DNA of 63,508 nt, filler included, from Octopus bimaculoides (lineage: Eukaryota): the NCBI RefSeq assembly GCF_001194135.2. It is 5 parts of 5 records of this genome, joined end to end, with 100 filler letters (N's around TTAATTAATTAA, not from the genome) between each part and the next. Parts side by side here need not be neighbours in the genome. Positions count along the whole stretch, not along the records: positions 24,678 to 42,896 come from NC_069005.1; positions 42,997 to 62,259 come from NC_068981.1; 3 more parts are not named here. The stretch is one strand, 5' to 3'. A program made the translations under genes and the position numbers. Below are positions 39,001 through 52,868 of this stretch, piece by piece (position 1 is the first letter of the stretch; each line of letters opens with the position of its first letter). The notes beneath the pieces are model-generated. The model saw only the letters and a list, made by a program, of their open reading frames with translations. It did not search any database and had not been told where the DNA came from.

Positions 39001-40347
39001 GTCTGTCTGTCTGNNNNNNNNNNCGCGCTCGCACACACATACGCACATACATATGTAAAATAGATATAGATATGTGTATATGCATGTATGTTGACATTTC
39101 TAATTAAATTTGTAAATGGATGAGGAAGGGTTAATGGCAGTGACCTTTTCTAGAGTCTCTCAGACAGGTTGGGCTGATGTAGACGGAGTTTGAAATATTT
39201 TCATTCACTTTCTAAAATATAACTCAGACGTTTGCAATGACCCATCTGGAGAATTTAAAACCAGTGGAATCCATTGTTCGGGAGGTTCCACAATGTCTGT
39301 AATTCCTCACTTCTTTGCTATATAAATGTAAATATTATCGATTTCTTTCCCAGACTCAGTGTCGTCCTTGTAATAGATTGGCCATAACCGATTAGATGGA
39401 ACCAATGTTTAAGTGTTACTTTATATGTTAACATTAACTTAACTCATTCTCTGATTAGCTGCCAGTCTAACCACGTGTTTATCTCTCTCTATATCTCTGT
39501 TATTATATATTTATTTCAAGTTAACTCTTATATGTTCCATCTATTAAAGATGTTAACACTTACTCCTTATCTCTCTATCGATCTCTCGATCGAGCTAACC
39601 TTATATTTATTGGATGTTAGCTTTTTAAGACTCCATGCATTAAATGTGTTAACACCGTCTACTAATCGATTTATTTATAGATGCGTACGTCTGTGTGTGC
39701 GTATATATATATAAATANNNNNNNNNNNNNNNNNNNNNNNNNNNNNNNNNNNNNNNNNNNNNNNNNNNNNNNNNNNNNNNNNNNNNNNNNNNNNNNNNNN
39801 NNNNNNNNNNNNNNNNNNNNNNNNNNNNNNNNNNNNNNNNNNNNNNNNNNNNNNNNNNNNNNNNNNNNNNNNNNNNNNNNNNNNNNNNNNNNNNNNNNNN
39901 NNNNNNNNNNNNNNNNNNNNNNNNNNNNNNNNNNNNNNNNNNNNNNNNNNNNNNNNNNNNNNNNNNNNNNNNNNNNNNNNNNNNNNNNNNNNNNNNNNNN
40001 NNNNNNNNNNNNNNNNNNNNNNNNNNNTATATATATATACACATACATATACGTGTGTGCGTATGTATGTATATACGTATGTATATGTATTCATGATTAT
40101 ATATGTATATATGCATATATTGATACATTCATATATATATTTTTACACACACACTCACAAATACGCACATGTATATACACACATATATATTTCAGTTTGT
40201 CAACGAAAGGGAAGTGCATCTTCACTGTAGAGTGTATTGATCACTTGATCATTATAGCGTGTGTGTGTGTGTCGGTCTGCGTGTGTGTGTGTATATCACG
40301 GATCCTTCCGCTAACGAAGATCGATAAAACATATGATTGCATCTTAC

Positions 40348-40549
40348 CAACTTATCTTCGAGTATTTTCTGGACTTCTAATAACACTTGACCAGTCAACT
40401 TCTTGCATTCTGTAAACTTTTCCTTCTCGAATTCAATATTGCCTTTGGTCGATGAAACTTTACCATCTGCTGTATATTGAGAGATGTTCTTCAAGGCTAG
40501 ACCATTTTCTCCGGCAGGCCTTCCTGTGCCACCACCCTCGCCACTGCTG
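40348..40549 (-). CDS. Internal exon of the same gene (SSGEGGGTGRPAGENG...EVQKILEDKL)
   Basis: Polypyrimidine tract with a TAG/CAG/CAG tandem acceptor and donor TTG|GTAAGA; 202 nt, phase 2-0, 67 open codons. Confidence 0.8.
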
Positions 40550-41024
40550 CTAATTACAAATAAATAAAGACGATAAGAAAGAGCCAACGGCAAGCAGCAG
40601 AGCACACAATTATATGCACATACACACACACTTTTCTATATGATCACCATATGTTTGTAAATGTGTGTGCGTATGTATGTATATATATCTATATACGAAT
40701 ATATGTATGTATATTATACATTTATATACATTTATAAACATATGTGAGTACGTGTAGGTGTGTGTACGGAATATATGTGTGAGTGTACATTCGTGTGTGT
40801 GTGTGTGTGTGATATATATGTATGTGTGTGTGTGTGTGTGTGTGTATAAAGATAGGTGAATGCGTGTAGGTGTCTATACGATATATAGTGTGAATGTACG
40901 CGTGCGTGCGTGAAAAATATTTTCCTAACAAATTTTTTTTTTTTTTCAAATTCATAATTGTATTTTATTAAATTTTCAGCAATTATAAAATTTATTATTC
41001 ATACTGTTATTATTGGTTTTAAAT

Positions 41025-41222
41025 TTTTGCACAATCCGCCAATTTCGGGAGAGGGGTTAAGTCGATTATATCGACTCCAGTACTCAACTGGTATTCATTT
41101 TATCGACGTGGCAAGGATGAAAGTTAAAGTCGACCTCGGCAGCATTTGATCTCAGAACGTAAAGCCGGAAGAAATGCCGTTAAGCATTTTTCCGAAGCGA
41201 TAACGATTCTGCCAGCTCGCCG
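41025..41222 (-). mobile_element. tRNA-derived SINE, family A
   Basis: Full match to the other family A copies. Confidence 0.85.
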
Positions 41223-41260
41223 CATTAATAATAAAATAACAATAATAATAATAATAATAA

Positions 41261-41470
41261 TCCTTTCTACTAAAGGCGCAAGGACTGAAAATCTGGGAGA
41301 AGGGACGTGTCGATTACATCGAGTCCAGAATTTCAATGGTACTTAATTTTTCGACCCCGAAAGAATAAAAAGCGAAGTCGATCTCGGCGGAATTTGAACT
41401 CAGAACATAAAGACGGACGAAATACCGTTAAGCATTTCGCCGGTGTGCTAACGATTGTGCCAGCTCGCTG
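41261..41470 (-). mobile_element. tRNA-derived SINE, family A (tandem with the previous copy)
   Basis: Full match; separated from the previous copy by (AAT)n. Confidence 0.85.
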
Positions 41471-41486
41471 CCTTGACGATGATGAT

Positions 41487-41561
41487 TATAATAATAATAA
41501 TAACAATAATAGCAATAATAATAATAACAATAATAACAATAATAGCAATAATAATAATAAC

Positions 41562-41616
<55 letters not shown>

Positions 41617-41619
41617 GTA

Positions 41620-41665
<46 letters not shown>
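41487..41665. repeat. (AAT)n microsatellite
   Basis: Seen directly in the sequence. Confidence 0.95.
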
Positions 41666-41666
<1 letters not shown>

Positions 41667-42835
41667 CTTTAAATCATGTCTCAAACAATAAAATACACAT
41701 CAAAAGATTCGTTTTCTGAATCGCAAAGTACATCTGAACTCATGCATACAAACAGGCAAGATTAGCGCATGCGCTGTGAAAGAGTACTGTAACAGTATTT
41801 ACAACAGTAAAGTGTTGCTGTTTCGTGAAACGTGGGTCTGTTGTGATTATCCCTTCACCTCTGTTTTTACGGAAAGGCCTTGTGTATCATTCCAGCTGTA
41901 ACATTGATCACACTGGGGGGATGTGAGACATACCTTCCAGCAGTCGTAGTGTTTTTAATTCAATAATTTAGTCACACTTTAGATTAGTCGGGTCATTTCC
42001 TGACAACATGAGAAACATTTTGTATAGCTGCAGGGATTAGGAAAGAATTGTAACAGTTTCTCTCGCAGAAACAGCTACCAGGTTGGCTGCTTATTTTAGT
42101 CTAGTTAATTAGTAGCCCGTCGACAGTTCCATGTAAGAACCGGAAAGATTTGTATCGACCGTTGTTAAGTCTCCAGAGAGGGTGGGGGTGGACACAAGTG
42201 AAGTTCAGCATCGGCCACAAATAGTTCAAATGGTTGTTTGCTATTTTAAATACTTAACGTTGACTTGAAGACAGAAACTGGGTTTATGTTTCGCGTTGCA
42301 GGTCCTTTATCAAGAATGTGGAGCTTGGTGATGAGGCATATTTACACCGGGTTCACTACATTATTGATTCCTATTATATATCATAGCAGTAATTATACCA
42401 CATTTACTGCATTCTTCATCAATACTGTAGCAAATATATAGCTAGTAGTCTTGTCTACAATAAAGTTATAACAAAACTAGTATTTTTTTTTTTTTACACT
42501 AAAGTCTGGTTTCAACTCTCACTAAGGCGAAATTGGTATTTCCTAGTTCTCGGGTCTCTAAAATAGATGTTCGGAGACTGCATACCTTCGCTAAATCGGA
42601 TATATCCGGTGTATGGCACCGAGAAAAGAAAACAGAGTACATGTGCACTCAACTGATTCTTGACTTAAGAAGGGCTAAACTTATAATTATAAATAATTAA
42701 AATTAATTTGAGGCAATGAGTTTTATATTTGCAAATAAATTATAGAGAAAGGAAATCTGGAAGTATCAGAGTAAAGACCACACAAAGTCACAAACATGTA
42801 TATACAAATATATATGCGTGTGTGTATGCATATAT

Positions 42836-42896
<61 letters not shown>

Positions 42897-42996
42897 NNNN
42901 NNNNNNNNNNNNNNNNNNNNNNNNNNNNNNNNNNNNNNNNTTAATTAATTAANNNNNNNNNNNNNNNNNNNNNNNNNNNNNNNNNNNNNNNNNNNN

Positions 42997-43030
<34 letters not shown>

Positions 43031-43069
43031 CACATATATATATACATATACGTATATGTATGTATATAT

Positions 43070-43221
43070 TATTTACATTATTTACAATTGACGGATATTT
43101 CTCCACATCTTGTTTGTTGTTCACACAAGTTTTCGGTTGGTATATGATATACACTCCAACCTTCATCAGGTGTCTTGGGGAAATTTCGAACGTGGGTTCT
43201 CATTCCTAAGATATTTTTCGA

Positions 43222-43252
<31 letters not shown>

Positions 43253-44192
43253 CTTCTTCTTCTTCTTCTTCTTCTTCTTCTTCTTCTTCTTCTTCTTCTT
43301 CTTCTTCTTCTTCTTCTTCTTCTTCTTCTTCTTCTTCTTCTTCTTCTGCTTCTTCAAAGAAAACAGGGAAGGGTCATTCGTAGTTTTCTTTCCTCAGTCG
43401 AGTTCCAGATTACCTTTGTAATTTCAGCTGGTTATACTCATACAATCTGGCCAGCCCCAAGGAAAACCTAAGCTAAGAGCATTAGATTCCTTGGAAGAAA
43501 GCAGCGAATATAGTGATGTCCGTACATTTTGGTCTCTTATATGTGAGTATATGTTTATCTAGATCTTGTCTCGACTTTGTACGCCTCTATTCTTTCTTTT
43601 TATCAGCCCTTTCACGCTTACTTCGTTCATTCCGCTCTTCGTTCTTTCGTTCCCCCTCTCTCACATTTCTTTGCCTTCTCTTTTTGCTCACTTTCCTTCA
43701 TCCTTTCACTTCACTGTGTCCCTGTCATTTTTTTCTCGCTCCTCCGTAATTCTTCTGTCCCTCTGCCTCTACCTCTCTGTCTTCTGTCCCCACGTGGCCG
43801 GTGTTCTGTCAAGCCTCATCTTTCTTGGTTCGGCCGTCGTCCGTGCAACATCAATATTCCTCCCTGTGCTAGTGAAATCTTGTATCCCTACCGTAAGGCT
43901 TTGTTTCCACACACGCCAGCTTAATATAACTCGCCCTTAGTCGAAAGAGACCTGTTGTTATGTCCTGTTATGTGTTTTTTCCCGTCTTTGTTTTCGTATA
44001 CATTCGCTGCTTTTCTCCAAGGAATCTAATGCTCTTAGCTTAGTTTTTTTCTTTGGGCTGGCCATATTGGAGCAATCTCGAGTATAACCAGCCGAAATTG
44101 CATAGATAATCTGGAACTCGACTGAGGAAAGAAAACTCCGAATGACCGGTCTTTGTTTTCTATGCATCGTCTATCTGGATGTTTTGTTGTCC
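43070..44192. mobile_element. Penelope-like element end with inverted pseudo-LTR
   Basis: 43355-43511 is an inverted copy of 43985-44160. The left arm continues through (GAA)n(CAA)n into a hammerhead at 43123-43173; the right arm runs into a gap. Confidence 0.65.
43123..43173 (-). ncRNA. Minimal type I hammerhead motif, stem III mutated
   Basis: ACAC-CTGATGA-A-GGTTGG (15 nt loop) CCAACC-GAA-AACT-T-GTGT. Confidence 0.55.
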
Positions 44193-45093
44193 NNNNNNNN
44201 NNNNNNNNNNNNNNNNNNNNNNNNNNNNNNNNNNNNNNNNNNNNNNNNNNNNNNNNNNNNNNNNNNNNNNNNNNNNNNNNNNNNNNNNNNNNNNNNNNNN
44301 NNNNNNNNNNNNNNNNNNNNNNNNNNNNNNNNNNNNNNNNNNCACAAATCTCCACATAATAACTGATAACGGATTTTCGATATAAGGAAACAAAAGAAGA
44401 GCAGAATAAAGTAGCAATTTACTGAAACCAGAAAAGAATGCAAGACAAAAAAATAAATGACTGACTTACAGTTTCTTTTTTAAAACAATGGGGAAAAAAG
44501 AACCTTGATATCTTTTTGATTTACTGTAACCATAGCAATTGGTGCTACTTGGTAAAAGGATAAGAATAGAATAATAAATCAACTCGGAAAGACACATTAA
44601 AATATATCCAATCTACTATTGTTATAACAAATCACAGCTGCTTGAAGTAATATACAACGGCGGACAAGTTTAAGAGATAATTATTGATTTCGACTTTTGG
44701 CGGATAGCCACACATTTTGGAAGAGATGGGCGTACTCTATTTCAGTGTTCGCATTCTCAGTATACAACTGACACTTATGGAATCCGGAAGGAAGAAAGGG
44801 AAAGCATTCGAACAGGGTGAGATATAAACTTAGAACGGAAACGGACGTAACTAAACACTCTATTGTTTGTATCACTTCACTGCCCCGATGTTTCAGATAT
44901 AATTATTTACTTGCAGCTTTGATATTTGGCCAAAGATTTGAGAGGAGCTGCGCAGTTATTGTTATTATTTAGCCTCAGGTAAATCCAGATTGAAAACATA
45001 TGATTGAATACATTTCAGAGTTGACCACACCCGTTCTTAATTCTGTCACATCATATTTGCATCTACATAAAGCAATGAATCTCTTTTTAAAAT

Positions 45094-45164
<71 letters not shown>

Positions 45165-45782
45165 ACATCGGCAGTGGCAGCAGCAGCAGCAGTCCAGATT
45201 GATGAGTTACATTCTTTTAGACATAGCCACCTTGTTCATCAGCATTTATCAATCAATTTAACAAAAACATGTTATCAAAGAGTATCTCTTGAAACGTCTC
45301 TCTGTTGTAAGCATGTTGTCCAACCCTCAATTCTGATCAAATCTTCCATCATCTCACTAGTCATGGATGCCTTAAAATGTATAGTGGGCTCTACCTTTCA
45401 TTCTCTAAATCAGTTAAACTAACCCACATTGTGCGCAATCCAAGAGAGCGATTTTGATGCAAGTCTCATGCAGTGGCAATCTAATGTCTAAAACCGCTAA
45501 CATTGTGTAAAGTTTCACTTCGAGTATTTGTATAAATTGGCCTTGCAAGCAGGGTTGGTGAGAAACAATTGTAACTGAACGTTTAGGCTGTGTTTCTTTA
45601 TCTTATTATTGGATTATACTTTTCTATTCTCTAAACAAACACAAAAGTTTTACTGTCGTGAAACCACAGTTTTCTACATGTGAATAATTACGGTTTTAGT
45701 CCGACAGTGTTGATATCTCAGAACATGGGTTGAGTGCTGCAATACGAATACACCATCGTTATACCTCACCAGGACCTATATG

Positions 45783-45814
<32 letters not shown>

Positions 45815-46813
45815 AATATANNNNNNNNNNNNNNNNNNNNNNNNNNNNNNNNNNNNNNNNNNNNNNNNNNNNNNNNNNNNNNNNNNNNNNNNNNNNNNNN
45901 NNNNNNNNNNNNNNNNNNNNNNNNNNNNNNNNNNNNNNNNNNNNNNNNNNNNNNNNNNNNNNNNNNNNNNNNNNNNNNNNNNNNNNNNNNNNNNNNNNNN
46001 NNNNNNNNNNNNNNNNNNNNNNNNNNNNNNNNNNNNNNNNNNNNNNNNNNNNNNNNNNNNNNNNNNNNNNNNNNNNNNNNNNNNNNNNNNNNNNNNNNNN
46101 NNNNNNNNNNNNNNNNNNNNNNNNNNNNNNNNNNNNNNNNNNNNNNNNNNNNNNNNNNNNNNNNNNNNNNNNNNNNNNNNNNNNNNNNNNNNNNNNNNNN
46201 NNNNNNNNNNNNNNNNNNNNNNNNNNNNNNNNNNNNNNNNNNNNNNNNNNNNNNNNNNNNNNNNNNNNNNNNNNNNNNNNNNNNNNNNNNNNNNNNNNNN
46301 NNNNNNNNNNNNNNNNNNNNNNNNNNNNNNNNNNNNNNNNNNNNNNNNNNNNNNNNNNNNNNNNNNNNNNNNNNNNNNNNNNNNNNNNNNNNNNNNNNNN
46401 NNNNNNNNNNNNNNNNNNNNNNNNNNNNNNNNNNNNNNNNNNNNNNNNNNNNNNNNNNNNNNNNNNNNNNNNNNNNNNNNNNNNNNNNNNNNNNNNNNNN
46501 NNNNNNNNNNNNNNNNNNNNNNNNNNNNNNNNNNNNNNNNNNNNNNNNNNNNNNNNNNNNNNNNNNNNNNNNNNNNNNNNNNNNNNNNNNNNNNNNNNNN
46601 NNNNNNNNNNNNNNNNNNNNNNNNNNNNNNNNNNNNNNNNNNNNNNNNNNNNNNNNNNNNNNNNNNNNNNNNNNNNNNNNNNNNNNNNNNNNNNNNNNNN
46701 NNNNNNNNNNNNNNNNNNNNNNNNNNNNNNNNNNNNNNNNNNNNNNNNNNNNNNNNNNNNNNNNNNNNNNNNNNNNNNNNNNNNNNNNNNNNNNNNNNNN
46801 NNNNNNNNNNNNN

Positions 46814-46858
<45 letters not shown>

Positions 46859-46891
46859 ATATATGTATATGTATGTATATGTTTGTATATG

Positions 46892-46936
<45 letters not shown>

Positions 46937-48142
46937 GTATGTGTGTGTGTGTGTGTGTGTATCTATATTTATATATGTTAGGCTATATATTTGTATTTGA
47001 CAACCATTGTCGCTTTTGTATGCCCTCGTATCCTACCGATTCGGCAAAACAACGAAATAAAGTAAGTATACGTTTTAAGATAGATCTCTTCGATGAAACC
47101 CTTCAAGGCTGCAATCCGGTGACTTAAACAAGTATAAAAGGAGAAAGAAAGGAAAGGGAAGATATTTAACTCAAATAACGGCAAGTAGAAATCTATCAAC
47201 TGTATTATATCAACGGAAGAATGGGCGGGGGGGAGAAGGAGGATGCTCATTTTTATTAGTGTATTTGAAGGAAGGACAGAAGAAGGTGGGACATACGGCG
47301 TTGTAATGAAATATAAAACTGATTAATAAAGGAGAATGGCGAGGAAAAAGCCTGGTTGTAATTATGGTAATAAAGCGTTCAGTTTCTGAAATTTTATAAC
47401 TTACAAGCATTACATTTCCTTAATTAATAATCTGCTTATTAAAACAGATATGTGAAATATGATAAACAATTTAGTTACTTCTGAAAGTAAACTTGAATTA
47501 GCTAAAGCCTTATTTACGACTATAATTTAATCTAAATTGGCGCGAGCATCGGTGCTTGAAAATTAACTCGCAGTATATACCAAGTAGCTTTTGATAATAA
47601 GGATTAAGTCTCCTTTGCCATTGATAAATTATACTGAAACTTAAGAAAAATACATCTATCCTGCTGTGATATAAATATGCCTTAATTTTCTACAGATTCG
47701 CATCTGGTGGATATTGAAATGGCGTCTCAACTAATAATTACGTCAGATATCTACAGAGGTCTTTGATAAATAGACTAATTATACATATTTCTTCAATATT
47801 AGCATTTACTTTGCATTTAGTTTCATAATTATATAACGCAGAGTAGCCATAAAAGAAACTATTCTGCCTATATGGACACCTCAATAACTTCAAGGAAAGG
47901 AAGGGTGCATTTCAATACTAAGATATACATACTGTCGTGTATGCCCACACAAAAGATATATTTACTTCATTCCGTTTCGAATGCGTTGGATAAACATAGA
48001 AGTAGTGCTTCCGTAGCGGTAAGTCTTTTGTGGTTATTATTTGTGTAACACAACTTAAACTGTCTATCTATCTATCTATCCATCTATCTGTCTATCTATC
48101 TATCTATTTATCTATCTATCTGTCTGTCTCTCCCTCTCTCTT

Positions 48143-48258
<116 letters not shown>

Positions 48259-48267
48259 CAAACAAAC

Positions 48268-48298
<31 letters not shown>

Positions 48299-48644
48299 GG
48301 TGAAATTTAGAGCAAAACAAAAGACGAAGACAGTTGTGTGAACAAAAAGCAGGGGTATTAATTTGGCGCTCGGGATAATGAAAAAGCCTACTCACTTTAA
48401 CATAAAGGAGTAAAGGAAAATAAACAGAGAGATGATGAAAAAAAAAACATGAAGATTTAGCGGTCAAGCATGGTCACTGATTAGAAAAAAAAGTTTGAAA
48501 GAACAGGTTGGAAGAAAGGAAGATAATAAAGCGGTGATCATCACAGTTTGTGTAGAGTGGTATGGGGTGGAGTGGTGTAGTGTGGTGAGGTGAGGGTGAG
48601 TGTTGTGGATGGTAGGGTAGGGGTAGAGTATATATTATTTCTTT

Positions 48645-51535
48645 TACTGGTTTTAACCCCGGGCCGAGGTCAGGTGGGATCACCACCTGTAGTTACTCGG
48701 TGTTGTTTCCGATATTGTTTTTGGTGAAGTAACGAGTTGAACACAGCTGCTCTTCTTTGCGTCTCCTGCCACGATGTGGGTTCATCTGAGATGTCAGATA
48801 GAAACCTGTCCAGATGTTCCTTGAAAACTTCCACATCAACACCAAGCAGATCTCTAAGTTTGCCAGGAAGGATGTTGAGCAACTGCGGGTCTTTGAATCC
48901 CAGACTTTTGCAGTATTGTGTCCTTATTTTAGATCGGGAGAACGGGATCTTTGGTATGATGCAGTACCGTCCAGTTCGAGAATTGATATAGCAGTCAACT
49001 CCAAAATTCGGAGCTAAACCTTCCAATATCATCCAAATATATATCACTGCATATCTCTCTTGTCTTCTTTCCAGAGAATAGAAACTCAGCTTCTTCAGCC
49101 TCTCCTGGTGGCTCATTTTTGCATCGAGACAATCTTCTTTGTGTTTCACACTCCCTGGGGACCATAGTTGGGAGAAGTAGTCCAATCAGCTGAGAACGAA
49201 AGTCTTCAATAAGAGTAGCAGGGCTTCCCTTTTCCTAGTTCTGAATGTCCTCAGAAACCATCCAGCTACTCGCCTGCACAGTGTTGCCATCTTGGTAATA
49301 TGCACATGGAATTTTGCATCATTACTCATCGACCATCGTATCATATTACATTCTGATTCAGTGTATTTCGATCTTAGCCTGGTGTTGGACTGATAGTGGA
49401 GTGCCTGAAATTTCATAGCATTGAACTACATGTTATTTTTGTTAGCCCGTTTGTAGATTTTGTTCAGGTCTTTCTGCAGATTTATGATGTCCTCTGAGTT
49501 CCGAACTGCCTGTGATACTTTTGTGCCATCAGCATAACTGCTCAGATTGGCTGGCTGTACCGCGGAGATTATGTCTGAGAGGGCCACCACAAATACTAGT
49601 GACCCCAGTACAGCTCCCTGTGGGTCTCTGGTGACAGTTGGTGTCTCTTCAGAGTGAGCACCATTGGCTACAACTGTCTGACTCCTGCTCTTCAGAAAAT
49701 CATGCAGCCATTCTCCCAGTTTCCCGGCAATACCAAGGTTTCACATCTTGTAACATATCATGCCATGATCAACGTTGTCGAAAGGATTGGCAAAGTCGAG
49801 GTATATCACATCTACAGCTGACTGGTATTGCTGTTGCTTTAGTACCCAGTCAAAGTGCTGCAGCAACTCTGTGAGGCAGTTCCTCCCTGGACTGAAGCCA
49901 TGTTGCGTGTTTGTGAGAAGATTGATTTCTTTTCGGAACGTGATCAACCTTTTTCTGACAATGCGTTCCATTGCCTTGCTAACATGTGAGGTCAGAGAAA
50001 CGGGTCTGTAGTTTTTAGCATCTGCTCTGCTTCTACCTTTATGGACAGGGCATATTTTAGCATGTTAGGAAGTTTACCATACCCAAGGAAACTATGAAAA
50101 ATATCTCCGGTGGCTTTGCAAGTACCTTTTTATGTTTCTTTAAAAGAACAGCTGGGAGTCTATCTGGGCCTACTGCTGAGTTTGATCTCACGTCATCAAT
50201 GGTCGATATTACATCCTCTTCTGTTATATTGATATAATCGGCGGTTGCCTCTTTTCCGAATAGAGTCATTACATTGAAAAAGGCCACCAGCTTGTTTTTT
50301 GCATATTTTCCAGCAGAGAAGGGAAAACACTTCAGAATTGTTTATTTAGTGCTTCACTTATCTTCCCTTGGTCTGGACTTAGTGAGCCGCTTTTACGAAA
50401 TAATGGCCCTATCTTATAGCATACTGAGACAGACCCCTTTGCCAACGTGTAGAAGGTTTTAGGCTTTCTTTTAATATCTTAGACTGCCAAGGCTTCTCTT
50501 TCTTCGCCTCCTTTTGATGGGAGATTTTGAGTTTATTTTCTATCTCGAAGAGTTCCTCTGTCAGTTGGGATTTCACACTGTCATTAAAGTATTTGTTTAA
50601 ACGATTCGGGAACATTATTCTCCGCCGCATTCTCCTGTCTCGGGGAATGTTTTTGTGTGTACTGGCTCCTTTCTCTGGGACATAAGTAATGTATATAACT
50701 CGCATTATTGACATGAATTTATTGAGTTTCATATTCATGCCTTGCACAGAGAGGCTATGGCCAGTCCTGCTGGAGTATCTAATTTTCAAGTGACCTCCAG
50801 TCAGCCTTATAGCATCTTTTGCTCGATAGGGTTTGAGCGCCGTCTGTGCGGTGTTTATCTATAGTTAATTCGAGGCCATACATTGTCAGTTCTATCATGT
50901 CATGGTCTGAAAATGTTGTGAATAATTTCCACATTGCTTGTAAAATAGAGGTCTAGAATATGTTTGCGCCTGTTTGGAGAGACTATGATCTTCTCCATGA
51001 ATAGCATTTTCGTAAGTTCTAGTAAAGATTCTGCTTGATTTCGCTCTCTGTGCGTCATTCCTGAGGTTTTATTGCCCTCAACCCACCTGATGCTGGGGAA
51101 GTTGAAGTCACCCATCAGGAATATAGTAGTACGTTTATTCAATTGTTTTAGTACTTCCTTTATCGCACTGAGGCTTCCCTGAAATTTTCCACCATCATTT
51201 GAGGCATCAGGCAGGCGATATATTGTGCATATCACTATATCAATTTGCTTTAGATTTACTATGAATGAGTTCGAGTTCGAGTTCGATAACAGGTCAATGT
51301 TGTGACACATTCTTGTTTGTACATTACTCTACCGTGACTTCTTTTTCTTCTCTATGTATGGAAGATAGCATACATCGGTATATGTATCTCCGCATCACTT
51401 ATATCTACAGCTAGATGTGTTTGTGTAAGTGCAATACATATAACTTGATTACATGGAGAAAGATTCTTCAGGTCTCAACTATGCATTTGCTGTTGTTCTG
51501 CAGCAGGCTAAGGTCACAATACATGTATTAAGGGA
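48645..51535 (-). mobile_element. CR1-clade LINE, near-complete decayed ORF2 (APE endonuclease + RT)
   Basis: APE motifs IALTQTHL, GDFNFP and ILDLYFT; RT motifs NYRPVSLTS, QHGF..GRNCL, YLDFANPFDNVDH, PQGAVLG and YADG; CR1-like C-terminus FKEHLDRFLSDISDEP. Many stops and frameshifts. Confidence 0.93.
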
Positions 51536-52788
51536 ATAAGTGGAATTTTCCAACACTTCAATATATAGTTATACATATACATGCAACCAATGAAAATTTC
51601 AGAACTGTAGTTCAATATAGAGTTAGGTATCTTGGACAGGAACTGCGCTCTTTCATGCAAAGAAGTCTACGTTTATTCGATCCATTCACAAAAGGTATGG
51701 ATTTCTCAATTACTTTCCATTTAATCACATGCGGTGCTTCGTAATCTTTCAAAGTTCTCAGGTAGCGAGACAACATAGTAGCTTTACTTTTGTCTCTATG
51801 TCAGAAGGAGGCTATGTGATTGGCACAGCGATTTTTAAATTCCCCTTCACATAATCCAATATAGGTCTTGTTGACCTATATCTTTTGTATTTCTTACATA
51901 TTTTTCAAACTTCTGTGTATACTTTTGTGTGGGTATACTTGTAAGAGTTTTATTGTCTAAACAACCAGTAAAACACATTTTTCAGTTTCAAAACGGATAT
52001 TTGAAACTTAAAACTCATACCAGAGTCACTTACTGGAAATAATATTATTAAAATAAAAATTATCCCAAACAAGATATCTCTACTAATTTTATATATATAG
52101 CGTTCATAATGATTCACATCGTCATGGCTTAACAGCCCTCACCGTTTGTTTTTACTGTCTTGTTCTCGCTGTCCTGTTTTTGTTATCACTTTCACCTTCT
52201 GCAAAAAATATCAAATTTTCTTTAACTTGCTTTGCGGGAAGGACTGTTTCAACGAAGTCGCGCATTGTTCTAGCCTTCGAAACGCGGGGTAGAAGAAACA
52301 GGGACAAGTGATGAAGGGAATGTTCTTTAAATTGCATGTCTCGGTTCTCAGTTTTTTGTTTTCGTTGTTCGACACAAAGTTCGTTTTCTATGTTTTTTGC
52401 TTTTATGTTTGCGTTTCTCATTGTGTCCACGTATTTTTTTTTTAATGTCTACTTGTACCGTCGCGAGGAGATGGTAGGAGTTCGTTCCACTGCTCACAAT
52501 TTTATCGGATGTAGCTGCGCATCGTTAACCAGCTAGTGGCGATGTCCTCTTGGGGTTAAAAATTCGCAGTAGAGTCTGCTCTAACTGACAGTCATGTTAA
52601 AGTGGCTACAAATATTACAACACAATTACAACGTTGAACTCTTAAAGAGATTTTAGTACTAGGATTTTTGGCTATACATACATACATACACACATAAATA
52701 TATGNNNNNNNNNNNNNNNNNNNNNNNNNNNNNNNNNNNNNNNNNNNNNNNNNNNNNNNNNNNNNNNNNNNNNNNNNNNNNNNNNNNN

Positions 52789-52868
<80 letters not shown>

